This document shows, piece after piece, positions 25,673 to 40,487 of a DNA stretch of 64,000 bases; within the stretch, counting starts at the first letter, position 1, and every line of letters starts with the position of its first letter. Source of the stretch: Eledone cirrhosa (Eukaryota); assembly GCA_964016885.1 (NCBI GenBank), contig OZ024753.1, forward strand, positions 7,626,001 through 7,690,000, given 5' to 3'. The notes beneath the pieces were generated by a model that was given only the letters and a program-made list of their open reading frames with translations, searched no databases and was not told the DNA's origin. The position numbers and the translations under genes were made by a program.

Positions 25673-26419
25673 TTGCCAAGACTAAGTACGTGACGTAATC
25701 ACTACTTAAAAATTCATGGCGAATGGTCTTCAAAATGTTTTAAAATAAATGTACAGTATGTTATCAAATATACTATACGCACATTTTTATATATATATAT
25801 ACATATACAGAGGTACAGAGGCCAGTCGTCGAAGAAACAACAACGCACGTTAAGCCTGCTCCCTGTATAATGAAAATAAGATATCTTTTTCGGGGACATT
25901 ATTAGATTTTTCCAAATTTAAAGGTTCCTCGGGAATATTCTATGTTTATCTGAGGTTTTGCTGTCTCAAGAGCTTAGGCTGTCATAATTGATAGTCCTCA
26001 GGGAAGTGTGTATAACTGAATTTTGAATAAACCTGAATCAACTGAATATGGCCTTCGATCTTTTTATTAAGAAATTAATATATATATATATATTACCATT
26101 TACATGGTTTTGTCTTTGCGTGCTATTGATCTCCACGCTTCACATATGACTTATTATCTTCGTTTTTTCGTTCATTGCCAGAGAACGTCTCTATGCACCA
26201 CCTAAGAGAACATTAGTCTACGACCTCTTTTATACCATAAACGTGGTTTTGTCTTTGCGCGTAATAGTTTTTCACCGCTCCTATTAATGACGTATTATTC
26301 GTTTTTTCCCGTTCTTTGCCAGCGAACGTTACCACGAACCAAAGTATCGTCTTCCTGTCTTCCTCCGGTTGCAACGTTTTTTGAAATATCCAGTTCTGCG
26401 TTTACAGATTGACTTTGTT

Positions 26420-26470
26420 AGTTTCAGAAGATCCCGTTAAGGGTGAAAGCAGCGATTCTTTGCTTAAACT
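26420..26470 (+). ncRNA. Hammerhead-like motif with a mutated core (CAGAAGA)
   Basis: AGTTT-CAGAAGA-tCCC(gttaa)GGGt-GAAA-GCA(gcgattctt)TGC-TT-AAACT; truncated relative at 23918-23950. Confidence 0.62.
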
Positions 26471-26486
26471 TTAATCTGTTATTTTA

Positions 26487-26558
<72 letters not shown>

Positions 26559-26626
26559 ATGTGTGTGTGTGTGTGTGTGTGTATGTGTGTGTGTGTGTGA
26601 GGGTGTGGAGTCCCGTAGCCTAGTGA

Positions 26627-27187
26627 TAAGAGTATTGGATCTACGATCATAATGCTGTGGGTGCAAACCCTGGGTTCGCGTTGTGTTCTTGAGCAAAACA
26701 CTTCATTTCACATTGTTCCAGTACACTCAGCTGAAAATGAGTACCAGCAATAGCTGGGGGTTTAACCCTGCGATGGACTGGCGTCCTGTCCAGGGGGAAG
26801 TCTCGTATTCTCAGTCGCTTCCCGCCATGAAACCGGGATAAGTACCAGTAATAGCTGGAGGTTTAACCCTGCGATGGACTGGCGTCCTGTCCAGGGGGAA
26901 GTATTATACTCTCAGTCGCTTCCCGCCATGAAACCGGGATAAGTACCAGTAATAGCTGGAGGTTTAACCCTGCGATGGAGTGGCGTCCTGTCCAGGGGGA
27001 AGTCTTGTACTCTCAGTCGCTTCCCGCCATGAAACCGGGATAAGTACCAGTAATAGCTGGAGGTTTAACCCTGAAATGGAGTGACGTCCTGACGAGGGGG
27101 AAGTCTTGTACTCTCAGTCGCCTCGCGCCATAAAACCAGGATAAGCACCGGCCAAATGAGTCTTCTGGCTCAAGACCGACTTTAGAC
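26627..27187 (+). mobile_element. tRNA-derived CORE-type SINE with four tandem 101-bp internal units
   Basis: A-box TAGCCTAGTG, CORE-like TGTGTTCTTGAGCAAAACACTTCATTTCAC...CTCAGCTGAAAATGAG; units start at 26740, 26841, 26942 and 27043; tail GACTTTAGAC. Confidence 0.87.
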
Positions 27188-27287
27188 ATTTTTTTCATAT
27201 ATATATAATATATCCCTTCCATATACTGTACCAATTGGGTTGTTATTTCTGTTTTCCTTTTACATACACATACACACACACACACAT

Positions 27288-27338
<51 letters not shown>

Positions 27339-27474
27339 AACATGTTTTCGACGGCTATTTCTGGACTGAGTTCTGCCGTCAGGGTCAAAGATGTTCCTAT
27401 TACCCACTCTACTACCCTAAGTATTGTGTACTCTGGTGAGTTATGGTCCATCTGGTTCCTTACCACACTTCCTT

Positions 27475-27554
<80 letters not shown>

Positions 27555-27744
27555 CTGGGTCCTGTATTTTCGTTGCTCTAGTGATACGGCTGGACTGCCG
27601 ACCGCTATATCTGATTTGCTAAGCTGTCTGAACGTAATGTTATTACTCTGGGGTCTTTCCTCATCTGAGTGCTCAAGCTACAGACCGATTATGCATATAC
27701 GCTAGCTTGGCCGTATTCTAAAGCTTCGTCAATGCTGTACTAAA

Positions 27745-27815
<71 letters not shown>

Positions 27816-27968
27816 TCAACTTTGCTTTTCCGCCATTCAAGGTCAATAAAAAAAGTACCAGTCAAGTCCTCTTTCTCCCTTCCTTTCTGCCAGTCTCTCT
27901 ATCCTTCTGTGAATGAGGTCTGCTCCATTCAGACTTGGAAGGGAGATGGTATCCGCCAGGTTTAAACA

Positions 27969-28162
27969 ATAATTGTTTCTACCTTTTGGCACAATGCCAA
28001 CAATTATCCCAGTGTATTCCTGGTACTTTATTTTATCCACACCCGTAAGGATGAAAGGCAAATTTAACCTCGGCGGGATTTGAACTCAGACCATGAAGAG
28101 ACGTAATTCTTTGCGTCAAAGCATGGCGTCAGACCCTCTACCGATACTGCCACTCCACCGCC
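27969..28162 (-). mobile_element. tRNA-derived SINE, full length
   Basis: Reverse complement of the 2048 type; apparently inserted into a plus-strand long-tail SINE (27813-27968 and 28163-28230). Confidence 0.9.
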
Positions 28163-28339
28163 TAATCCCTAATAAATGCCGTATCTCAATACGGCGTCCC
28201 TATGACTTCCTTAAGAGTTACGCGCCCATATATACAATCATCATCAACGTCGCTGGAATTATGATTAGAATTATCATCATGGTATATAATATAATTATCG
28301 TTGCACCTAACCTGCCTTACCACCATTATGGCATCAGTT

Positions 28340-28532
28340 GCGGTTGGATTGGCAGTATCGGTAGAGGGTCGGACGCCATGCTTTGACGCATAGAGTTACG
28401 GCCCTTGCCAATCTGAGTTCAAATCCCGCCGAGGTTAACTTTGCCTTTCATCCTTACGCGGTCGATAAAATAAAGTACCAGTAACGCTCTGGGGTAATTG
28501 CTGGCCTTGTGCCTAACGTAGAAACAATTATT
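28340..28532 (+). mobile_element. tRNA-derived SINE, full length
   Basis: A/B boxes, core and short tail. Confidence 0.92.
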
Positions 28533-28537
28533 GCATC

Positions 28538-28609
28538 AGCTGCTGCTACTACTACTGATGCTACTACTATTACTACTACTACTACTACTACTGCTACTAC
28601 TACTGGCAG

Positions 28610-28642
<33 letters not shown>

Positions 28643-28734
28643 AGCTACTGTTACTACTACTACTACTGCTGCTGCTGCTCCTGCTACTACTACTACTACT
28701 GCTGCAGATACTACTACTACTACTACTGCTGCTG

Positions 28735-28765
<31 letters not shown>

Positions 28766-29362
28766 AGCAGCTACTGCAGCTGCAGCTACTACAACTACTA
28801 CTGCTGCTGGTGCTACTATTACTACTACTACTACTACTACTACTACTTCAGCTACTACTATTACTGCAACTATTACTACTACTACTACTACCACCACTAT
28901 TACTACTACTGCAGCTACTGCAGCTACTACTACTTCAGCTACTACTATTACTACCACTATTACTACAGCTACTACTACTACTACTACTACTTATATACTT
29001 ATCTAATCTCATCCTCATATTCTTCCCTTTTTCACCAGCAGAGAAGTCATCATCATCATCATCATCGTATACAACACCACTCTCATCGTAATCATCATCA
29101 TCATCATCATCACCATCACCGTCGTCGTCGTCGTCATCATCATCACCATCATCATCATCACCATCATCACCACCACCACCACCACCATCATCATCATCAC
29201 CACCATCGTCATCATCGTCATCATCATCATCATCATCATCATCACCATCATCATCATCACCATCATCATCATCACCACCATCATCATCATCACCACCACC
29301 ATCATCATCATCACCACCATCGTCATCATCGTCATCATCATCATCATCATCATCATCACCAC

Positions 29363-29403
<41 letters not shown>

Positions 29404-29407
29404 CCAC

Positions 29408-29439
<32 letters not shown>

Positions 29440-29465
29440 CAACAATCATCATCATCATCATCATC

Positions 29466-29518
<53 letters not shown>
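28538..29518. repeat. (ACT/GCT)n and (CAT/CAC)n trinucleotide tracts
   Basis: Directly visible; source of the poly-T/A/L/D/M ORFs. Confidence 0.95.
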
Positions 29519-29899
29519 ACCAATGTGAGTAATATATTTCATAAACCTTTATTTTTTTTCTCCAAATACGTCTACCCCTAATTAATACTAATAACACCAC
29601 CAGTGCCATGAGTAATTCTTCCCCCCCCCCCCTTCCTTCTAATCATCATCTTTCCTTTCATTATCATTCCCTAACATCATAATTACTATCTTCACCCACC
29701 CCCACACCCACCCCACCCCCACACCCACCACACCCCACACCCCCACTTGCCCTCCTCCTTAAATAAAAGCCATCAACCCAATAATTTACAGAATTCATCT
29801 CGTACGAAACCTATCGGCAACAAATCCCGCATAAGTGCAACGTAGTCCAATATGAGAGATGACAAAGACCCACAGAAAATATTACAATATACACACGTT

Positions 29900-30590
<691 letters not shown>

Positions 30591-31083
30591 TGATGATGTT
30601 AAGGTGTGTCTATGACGACACAGTTTCTGGAAGTGTACTAGTGATGGTTATGCCTGTGGTTAGGTAGAGAGGAAGTTAACGAATTCCTCACACAACAATA
30701 CCAACACCAACAATAACAACATCGATAACGAGTACAACAACTACAACAACAACAACAATAACAACAACCATAACAACTACAACACCAAGAACAACTACAA
30801 CAACAACAACAACAACAACAACAACTACAACTACAACAACTACAACAACAATAACGTCTACAACAACAACTGAAATAAAACCAGTTTCGTCCAGCTTAAT
30901 CTGTTTGCCGAGTGTGGAAAAGGGTGGATATATCGTTTTGTTGAAACAGGGATGGTTTTATTACTTTTTTCATTAATCAAGCGAAGCCGAATCTTAAGTA
31001 GTATTATATATATATATATGTGTGTGTGTGTGTTGTGTGTGTTGTGTGTGTGTGTGTGTGTGTATGTGTGTGTGTGTGTATAG

Positions 31084-31121
<38 letters not shown>

Positions 31122-31222
31122 GTATACCTACATACATATATATATACATATATGTATATATACATATATATATACAAACATATATACATATATGTATATG
31201 CTCATATATGCACCCATTCGTA

Positions 31223-31290
<68 letters not shown>

Positions 31291-31469
31291 GTATATATGT
31301 ATATATATATGTTGTATATATATATGTATATATGTTGTATATATATATATGTATATATGTTGTATATATATATTTATATATATATATATATGTATGTATA
31401 ATTATATATATCATCATCATCATCTTACACACATATATACACAAACCTATCATTTATTTAAATATATTC

Positions 31470-32192
31470 AGCTACAACAAAGAACAAGAACAGCAACAAC
31501 AACAACATCAATAGGAACAATAACAGTAACACTTATCGTAACAACTATATCATCATCATCATCAACAACAACAATCTACATAGCAATAACACCATCAACA
31601 GTAACAACCACAACAACAGTAATAACTATAGTAACAACAACAACTGCATAACAACAACAACTACATAACAACAACTACACAACAAGAACAACTGCATAAC
31701 AACAACACATACATAACAACAACTACATAACAACAACTACATAACAACAACTACATAACAACAACACCTACATAACAACAACTACATAACAACAACACCT
31801 ACATAACAACAACAACTACATAACAACAACAACTACATAACAACAACAACCACATCAACAACTATATAACAAAACAAAAAAAATATATAACAGCATCAAC
31901 AACAACAACAATTACATCACGTCATCATCAACAAAAACAACTACATAACAACAACTGCATAACAACAACAACAACATCAACAACGTGACAATAACAACAA
32001 CTATAACAACTGCAACATCAATAACTGCATCACAACATCAACAGCAACTAACTACTACATCAACAACAACAACAACGACTGCATAACAACAACATCAACA
32101 CTAACAACAATAACATCAACAGTAAGAACACTAACAACAACAACAACAACAACAACTACTACATAACATCAATAACAACAACAACAACATCA
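31470..32192. repeat. (AAC)n-rich degenerate repeat (also 30691-30870; opposite-sense (GTT/GGT)n at 32490-32916)
   Basis: Directly visible. Confidence 0.9.
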
Positions 32193-32979
32193 AAGAATCT
32201 ATCAATGATAGGATGTTTTTAAGAGAAAGAAGAGGAAACATTGCTCGAAATATTCAGATTAGACTAGTATCTAGGGATGTGGCGGGTACACATGAGGGTG
32301 AAGGGGGGCGGGTCTTGACGTTGTTGTGTTCTGCAGGATTGGGTTACATTACCCACTCCTATTACAGTTAACCCCCTCCCCCCAAACCCCTTATACTTTC
32401 CATATTATTAAAGGTTAATGACCTTCTATGTGTTTTTATTCGTCTTTTTTCTGAAATTAATGTGTCACGTGATAGCGCTATGGTTTTTTTGTTGTGGTTG
32501 TGGTTGTGATTGTTGTTGAAATCGTTGTTGTCGTTGTCGTTGTAATTGTTGTTGTGGTGGTTGTTGTGATGGTCGTTGTTGTTGTTGCTGTTGTAGTTGT
32601 GGTGGTGGTGGTGGTTGCTGTGATGGTCGTTGTTGTTGAAATCGTTGTAGTTGTTGTTGCAATTGTTGTTGTGGTAGTGGTGGTGGTGGTTGTTGTGATG
32701 GTCGTTGTTGTAGTTGTTGTAGTAGTTGTTGTGGTGGTGGTTGTTATGGTGCTGGTTATTGTTGTTGTTGTTGTAGTTGTGCTGCTGGTGGTGGGGGTGG
32801 GGGTTGTAGTTGTTGTTGTAATTGTTTTTGTTGTGGTGGTGGTTGTTGTTGAAATTGTTGCTGTTGTTGTAATGGTTGTTGTGGTGGTGGGTGTTGTTGT
32901 GGTGGTGGTTGTTGTTAAAATAGTTGTTTCTGATGTCCTTGTGACAAATAAAACAGAATCGCCACCAAGACCTTTATTA

Positions 32980-33152
32980 TTTGGCAGTATCGGTAGAGCG
33001 TCAGACACCTTGCGTTGCAGCATAAAGTTACGGCCCTTTACTCTCCGAGTTCAAATTCCGTCGAGCTAAGCTTTGTTTTTCATCCCTACAGATTTCATGA
33101 AATAAAGTACCAGTAATGCATTGGAGTTGATTTCATCGACTTCCCCTTCCCC
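32980..33152 (+). mobile_element. Diverged tRNA-derived SINE
   Basis: TTGGCAGTATCGGTAG...GTTCAAATTCC...AAATAAAGTACCAGTAATGCA. Confidence 0.8.
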
Positions 33153-33174
33153 AATATATATATATATATATATG

Positions 33175-33224
<50 letters not shown>

Positions 33225-33230
33225 TATCTA

Positions 33231-33268
<38 letters not shown>

Positions 33269-33279
33269 CATATATATAC

Positions 33280-33311
<32 letters not shown>

Positions 33312-33423
33312 GTATGTATATAGGTATATATATGTATATATATATATATGTATATATGTATGTATATATGTGTATATATGTATATATATATAAATATATA
33401 TATATATATGTATATATATATAA

Positions 33424-33478
<55 letters not shown>

Positions 33479-33479
33479 A

Positions 33480-33534
<55 letters not shown>

Positions 33535-33535
33535 A

Positions 33536-33673
<138 letters not shown>

Positions 33674-33998
33674 TTATATATATATATAAATATATATACC
33701 TATATACATATATACTTATATATATACTTAAAAAAGTAAAAACAGGTATACATGGACCCATTCAACTATACACACTCCCATACATATGTACATATACGTA
33801 TACAATATTATATATATATATAGAGAGAGAGAGAGAGACGGGGAGAGAGAGAGAGAGAAACATAAACGCACATACATGCAAATAATACATACATTCGTGC
33901 ATATAAGCAAGTACAAATGCTTACATATGTACACACACACCCACACACACACAAAACACACACACAACTCACACACACACACACACACGTACACACAC

Positions 33999-34071
<73 letters not shown>

Positions 34072-34198
34072 ACACACAAAACACCAACTTGCTCTGTGGA
34101 TGAGATGAACTGGAAATATCCACAATGGTGTGAAACAGCTGGATATCATTACAGTTTCATCTGATACAGAATTGGAAGTTGGCCAAAAGAAATGTACA

Positions 34199-35560
34199 CG
34201 AGAGTCGGCTGAAATATTCATAGACTGACCAAGATACTCTCCTGGAATGACCAAATGAAGTTTATTTTTCGACATAGTCCATGGAAAGAAACAATGTAGT
34301 TATTATGCGAGAGTCGGCTGAAATATTCATAGACTGACCAAGATACTCTCATGGAATGGCCAAATGAAGTTTATTTTTCGACATAGTCCATGGAAAGAAA
34401 CAATGTAGTTATTATGCGAGAGTCGGCTGAAATATTCATAGACTGACCAAGATACTCTCATGGAATGGCCAAATGAAGTTTATTTTTCGACATAGTCCAT
34501 GGAAAGAAACAATGCAGTTATTATGCGAGAGTCGGCTGAAATATTCATAGACTGACCAAGATACTCTCATGGAATGGCCAAATGAAGTTTATTTTTCGAC
34601 ATAGTCCATGGAAAGAAACAATGCAGTTATTATGCGAGAGTCGGCTGAAATATTCATAGACTGACCAAGATACTCTCCTGGAATGACCAAATGAAGTTTA
34701 TTTTTCGACATAGTCCATGGAAAGAAACAATGCAGTTATTATGCGAGAGTCGGCTGAAATATTCATAGACTGACCAAGATACTCTCATGGAATGGCCAAA
34801 TGAAGTTTATTTTTCGACATAGTCCGTGGAAAGAAACAATGCAGTTATTATGCGAGAGTCGGCTGAAATATTCATAGACTGACCAAGATACTCTCATGGA
34901 ATGACCAAATGAAGTTTATTTTTCGACATAGTCCATGGAAAGAAACAATGCAGTTATTATGCGAGAGTCGGCTGAAATATTCATAGACTGACCAAGATAC
35001 TCTCATGGAATGACCAAATGAAGTTTATTTTTCGACATAGTCCATGGAAAGAAACAATGCAGTTATTATGCGAGAGTCGGCTGAAATATTCATAGACTGA
35101 CCAAGATACTCTCCTGGAATGACCAAATGAAGTTTATTTTTCGACATAGTCCATGGAAAGAAACAATGCAGTTATTATGCGAGAGTCGGCTGAAATATTC
35201 ATAGACTGACCAAGATACTCTCATGGAATGGCCAAACGAAGTTTATTTTTCAACATAGTCCATGGAAAGAAACAATGCAGTTATTATGCGAGGGTCGGCT
35301 GAAAAGCTCATAGGCTGACCAAGATACTCTCATGGAATGACCAAATGGGGTATAATTTTTAACATAAAGCAACAATGCTGTTATTAAGAAGACGAGTTTA
35401 AATGAATTCATGCAAGATGTCACAGCCCTAACATCACTCCTTCATACACTGAAAAATTGACAGGCTGACCAAGATACTCTCATGGAATGACCAAATGAGG
35501 TATATTTTTCAATATGGTCCCTTGAAAGCAACAATGCTGTTATTAAGAAGACGAGTTTAA
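34199..35560. repeat. 109-bp satellite (10 near-identical units plus diverged end units), probably mariner-end derived
   Basis: Units start at 34199, 34308, 34417 ... 35289; each begins CGAG(A/G)GTCGGCTGAAA and contains TTTTTC(G/A)ACATAGTCC. Confidence 0.93.
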
Positions 35561-35579
35561 ATTAATGCATGCAAGATTT

Positions 35580-35722
35580 CCCAGCCTTTTTGCGGTCGTG
35601 CCCTTGGCAGTGGAGAATTCTGGTGTCCTTAGCCCTAGGGCTACCTCCCTACTCACCACCATAGGCGCTGAGCTGGCCAGCCACGGGTGTGAGCCTCGCG
35701 AGATGGAATGGCTCTTCCATTG
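35580..35722 (+). mobile_element. Restriction-like endonuclease fragment of a CRE-type non-LTR retrotransposon
   Basis: FAVVPLAVENSGVLSPRATSLLTTIGAELASHGCEPREMEWLFH fits the P.AVE..G.....A..........EPRE..WL motif; GC-rich island. Confidence 0.72.
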
Positions 35723-35803
35723 GAAGCTCCCGGATAGTCCAACAGTAATGGTTGCATTATTTAAGGGTATGTCAATATGTATTTATAAAACTGATCTATA
35801 TTA

Positions 35804-35868
35804 TATTTTATCTGATGAAAGCACACCATAATTTAACTTGGTGTCCTTGAAATATGTATAATGAAATA
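35804..35868 (+). ncRNA. Type I hammerhead ribozyme, same family as 24209
   Basis: TATTTTAT-CTGATGA-AAG.ACACCA/TGGTGT.CTT-GAAA-TATGTA-TA-ATGAAATA; downstream sequence to 35998 aligns with 24275-24405. Confidence 0.85.
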
Positions 35869-35994
35869 AATATGGTTTTATAAATATAGTTTCCATTTGT
35901 TAATATCGTATTTTTACTCCAAATATTTGTTGAGTGCTTTATATCAGTTATAAAAATATTTGCTTGTTGTATCCCAACAATTTAAATACAATTT

Positions 35995-36040
<46 letters not shown>

Positions 36041-36360
36041 TAAACGGAATAGAAAATGCTCACAAATATATGCTTACCAATATATGCTTACCAATATATA
36101 ATAACTTGTGTGTTACACCTCTATTATTTTAACTATATATATATATACATATATATGAAGTGTTCGGGAGACCAACGGTTGAACATCTGCCACTTCAACA
36201 GCTAGGTCCAAACTGAGTCGCCTGTGTTTTGGCAGCAAACATTGCTGACGTCTGGGTGACGCGGAATAGAGCGGTGATGATGAAGGACAGAAATCGCTGG
36301 AGAGAACTCATCCCTGGATATCGGCATATTTATCCGCCCTATATATATATATATGTGTGT

Positions 36361-36392
<32 letters not shown>

Positions 36393-36692
36393 TCTTGTAC
36401 AGATTTAGAGAGAGAGTTGGTAGGTGTGAGGTGGTGAGATAGAGGTTTGGAGAGAGAGAGAGAGAGTGGGGGGGGGGGTTTAAAATAAGTGGTACACACC
36501 TGCATTATTTATAAATCCGTGTGTGGTCACGTGTGTTTGATCGTGTATATAGAAAGAAATGAAAAATAAGCACGTACATATATTATATATCTCTATGTTT
36601 TTTAATTCATGTTACATATTTACATAAGTCTCACTCTCTCTCTCTCTCTCTCACACACGCGCGAGCGCATCCTCTCTCCATCCCTTTCTCTA

Positions 36693-36752
<60 letters not shown>

Positions 36753-36913
36753 TATATATAAATAAATAAATAAATAAATATATATATATATATATATAAT
36801 ATTGTATATATAATATGTATATATATATATGTATGTATTATATTATATTTATATTAAAAAAACAATCACTTTCAATGTTTTTGTGAGGTGTTCGATCTTG
36901 TGTATACATAGAA

Positions 36914-37028
<115 letters not shown>

Positions 37029-37280
37029 CGTGTGCGTGTGCGTGTGCGTGTGCATATGCGTGTGTGTGTGTATTTCAACTTTTCATGACCAAGTCAGTAC
37101 TTCACAACATTTTATATTCAGATCACCATATATCTGGACGGCTTTGCTGAAATCTGAATATATAATCACTGACATCTGTTGGAAGGTAAACTGCTATAGT
37201 ACAAGACTTGATAGTTTTCTATGTACGTACGTACACATAGACAAATTTATTCACAGATAGATAGATATATGTGTATATAC

Positions 37281-37312
<32 letters not shown>

Positions 37313-37561
37313 TTGTTTGTGTGTGTCTATATATTTATTTACGTAACCTTCGCGCCCACGTATAAAACTTCCCTCATTTGTCCATATATTTGTGTATATA
37401 CATTTTATATAGAGAAGTAGTTGCTAAAATAGCAACATAACCTCGTCCCTGTACAGGCTTCTTTTCTATGCAGAAGGTTAATCTACTAAATAGATACAAA
37501 CTTTTTTACACAGTAAAGTATACATATTTTGCCTCTTGTTTCAATTACCATAATTATTACA

Positions 37562-37685
37562 CAGGTAAAATTCCGTTATAACAAATTTTTCAGCATAACG
37601 AATTCTTTTCCATCCCAGCAACATGCTTGATGTGTTAGGTCAATCTTGTTATAAAGAATTTTTCGTTATAACGAATTTTTTTATA
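37562..37685. mobile_element. Partial copy of the 11917 MITE family
   Basis: CAGGTAAAATTCCGTTATAACAAATTTTTCAGCATAACGAA. Confidence 0.72.
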
Positions 37686-38302
37686 TCCAAATGGAATACA
37701 AATGGAATAAAACAAGTTTTACTTAAATCGGAGAAGGGGCTCCCTTCATATAGGGTTTTTCCGGATACCTTCATAAATAGCCAACAGCTCCGTGATAACC
37801 AATGAGATGGCTAGCCCGCTTTCCATTGTGTTTCCTTTCTGAAAAGCTTTAATGCAGTTAAAGACAGACAGGAGGCGATCCAGCTTAGGTACCCGTTGCG
37901 TCACAGGTAGTCTCCTATTATAATATAAACTAGAAATTCTTATTCTTCCTCTTCTATCTTTCTTTAAATAAATAAACAGATATATATATATATATATATA
38001 AAGATACAAGTATATAAATAAATAAATAACAGCAAAATCAATATCAAAATAAACAGAAAAAAAATAAAAGCGAACAAAACGAAACAAAATATAATGGGAA
38101 AATCTAAATATCTGTTGATTGGCTGATTAAATCTATTTTCTAAACTACAATTTGATTGGTTGGATTGTTAGGATCGTTAAGCGTTCTGAAATATTTATAG
38201 GACATTGACGCTCGTTATTTTACGACCAATTACGATAATTTGGTTTCACGAAATCTAATGAAATCTTGTTAAAAATATTTTAAATGAACTAAGTCAAATC
38301 CC

Positions 38303-38408
<106 letters not shown>

Positions 38409-38447
38409 TACACTTACATACATACACACATATAGGTATATGACAGC

Positions 38448-38750
<303 letters not shown>

Positions 38751-38768
38751 CATATCTATATATCTCTA

Positions 38769-39047
38769 TATTTAGTTATGTAATAAACAACATGAGACAA
38801 TTATTCCATTTACCAAAGGTTTCACGAAGACAGACGAGCTCGACACAAACGTCTGAAATCGCTCATCAGGAACCTGTTCTGAAACCGATTCTGATGAGCG
38901 ATCTCAGACGTCTGTGTCGAGCTCGTCTGTCTTCGTGAAACCTTTGGTAAATGGAATAATTGTCTTATGTTGTTTATTACATAACTAAATAGCTATGGAG
39001 CTTACATAGAGCACTCTCCTTTTGTTTACCACTCCTACGGACACAAT
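38769..39047. mobile_element. Fold-back element (101-bp arms) with hammerhead cores on both strands
   Basis: 38769-38869 inverts 38891-38991. Confidence 0.8.
38885..38954 (+). ncRNA. Type I hammerhead ribozyme
   Basis: CCgATT-CTGATGA-GCGA..CAGACG/CGTCTG..TCGT-GAAA-CC(ttt)GG-TA-AATGG; GUA cleavage triplet. Confidence 0.78.
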
Positions 39048-39050
39048 ATA

Positions 39051-39155
<105 letters not shown>

Positions 39156-39326
39156 GGCAGATTAGCTGTCGAAACGGCCGGAGCTCAGCCGTCGGGGTCC
39201 TGACATTTCTTTTCCTATAAATATATATAAGTGAGAGAGAGATGGAGAGAGGGGGGGGGTTGTATATTATATAGAAGTGACTTCTACAGGACTAGAATAT
39301 TTCATTCGTATGAAATCATCAGGAAA

Positions 39327-39369
<43 letters not shown>

Positions 39370-39420
39370 TGTGTTTTTTTTGTTTTTTTTTAGCTGGCTG
39401 AGAGATCATTATTTTCTCTG

Positions 39421-39788
39421 AATTGGCAGTATCGGTAGAGAGTCGGACGCCATGCTTTTCAGCATAGTTACGTCCCTTTACGGTCTGAGTTCAAATCCCG
39501 TCGAGGTTAACTTTGCCTTTCATCCTTACGGGGTCGATAAAATAAAGTACCAGTAATGTACTGGGTAATTGCTGGCCTTGTGCCAAAAGTAGAAACAATT
39601 ATTTTCTCTCCATATCGGTAGAGCGTCAAGCACCATGTTTTGTAGGATAGAGTTGTGGCCCTTTGCGTTCTGAGTTCAAATCCCGTCGATGTTAACTTTG
39701 CCTTTCATCCTTACGGGGTCGGTAAAATAAAGTACCAGTAATATACTGGGGTAATTGCTGGCCTTGTGCTAAAAGTAGAAACAATTAT
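39421..39788 (+). mobile_element. Two tandem tRNA-derived SINEs
   Basis: 39421-39601 and 39613-39788; ATTATTTTCTCT flanks the first copy on both sides (possible target-site duplication). Confidence 0.9.
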
Positions 39789-40487
39789 TTCCTTTCCATT
39801 CGACTGAAATGTTTTCAAATGTAAAGATGTTTTGCGAAACTAGTTGTTATGAAACTAAATAAATTTGTACGAACGAAGTCTTCATAAGGATAGGTTATCT
39901 ACGAGACGAAGGTGATGGCTGAAGAGAAGTGACAGGTATTTTACATTTAGTATGTCACTTGAACACAGCATGTGGCTTGATCTACCTTGGCCAGATCACC
40001 AGAATGAGAAAGTATGTTGTAAGACAGGAAGCACACTTTGGTTCAAGGATACAACATTGATGATATTTTTATATTACTTTTATTTTAACCTATAACTCCC
40101 GATAGAGTCGTAAGGGGCTCAATAGGGTCATACAATACAGTGTTTCTGGTCATTTTTTGAAACCAGGCGGAGCTCATAACCTCTTCAGATCTCAACACAG
40201 CCAATTTCTTCCAGAGAGAGAAAGCGACGTGTGTTTCTAAAAGTGTTCATGGGCCATGGACAATTCTCTTATGGGGCATTTTAATTTTCTTGGGAAGTCT
40301 TATGATGAACAATTTTTGGGAAAACTTATGATGAACAATTTTTTCATGATGGACTTCATGGGTGATGATGATAATGATAATAATGATGATGATGATGATG
40401 ACGATGATCAGGAGAACGAGAAAGAGAGAAAAGAAGCCGAGGAGGAGGAGTTCAATGGCGTTTTGTGGTCTGTGCATGGTGTAAGTT

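Noticed and set aside
27670-27745. Additional decayed hammerheads here (minus) and at 61490-61560
   Set aside because: Too many core mismatches to distinguish from chance.
28454-29609. Antifreeze-like Thr/Ala and acidic Asp-rich ORFs
   Set aside because: The Thr/Ala ORFs start or end inside a SINE, and all consist of simple repeats.
34199-35400. CRISPR-like appearance of the 47-, 101- and 109-bp arrays
   Set aside because: Units repeat in full with no unique spacers, there are no cas genes, and the context is eukaryotic.
38110-38235. CCAAT-box cluster as a promoter
   Set aside because: Short motifs in AT-rich DNA with no linked gene or start site.
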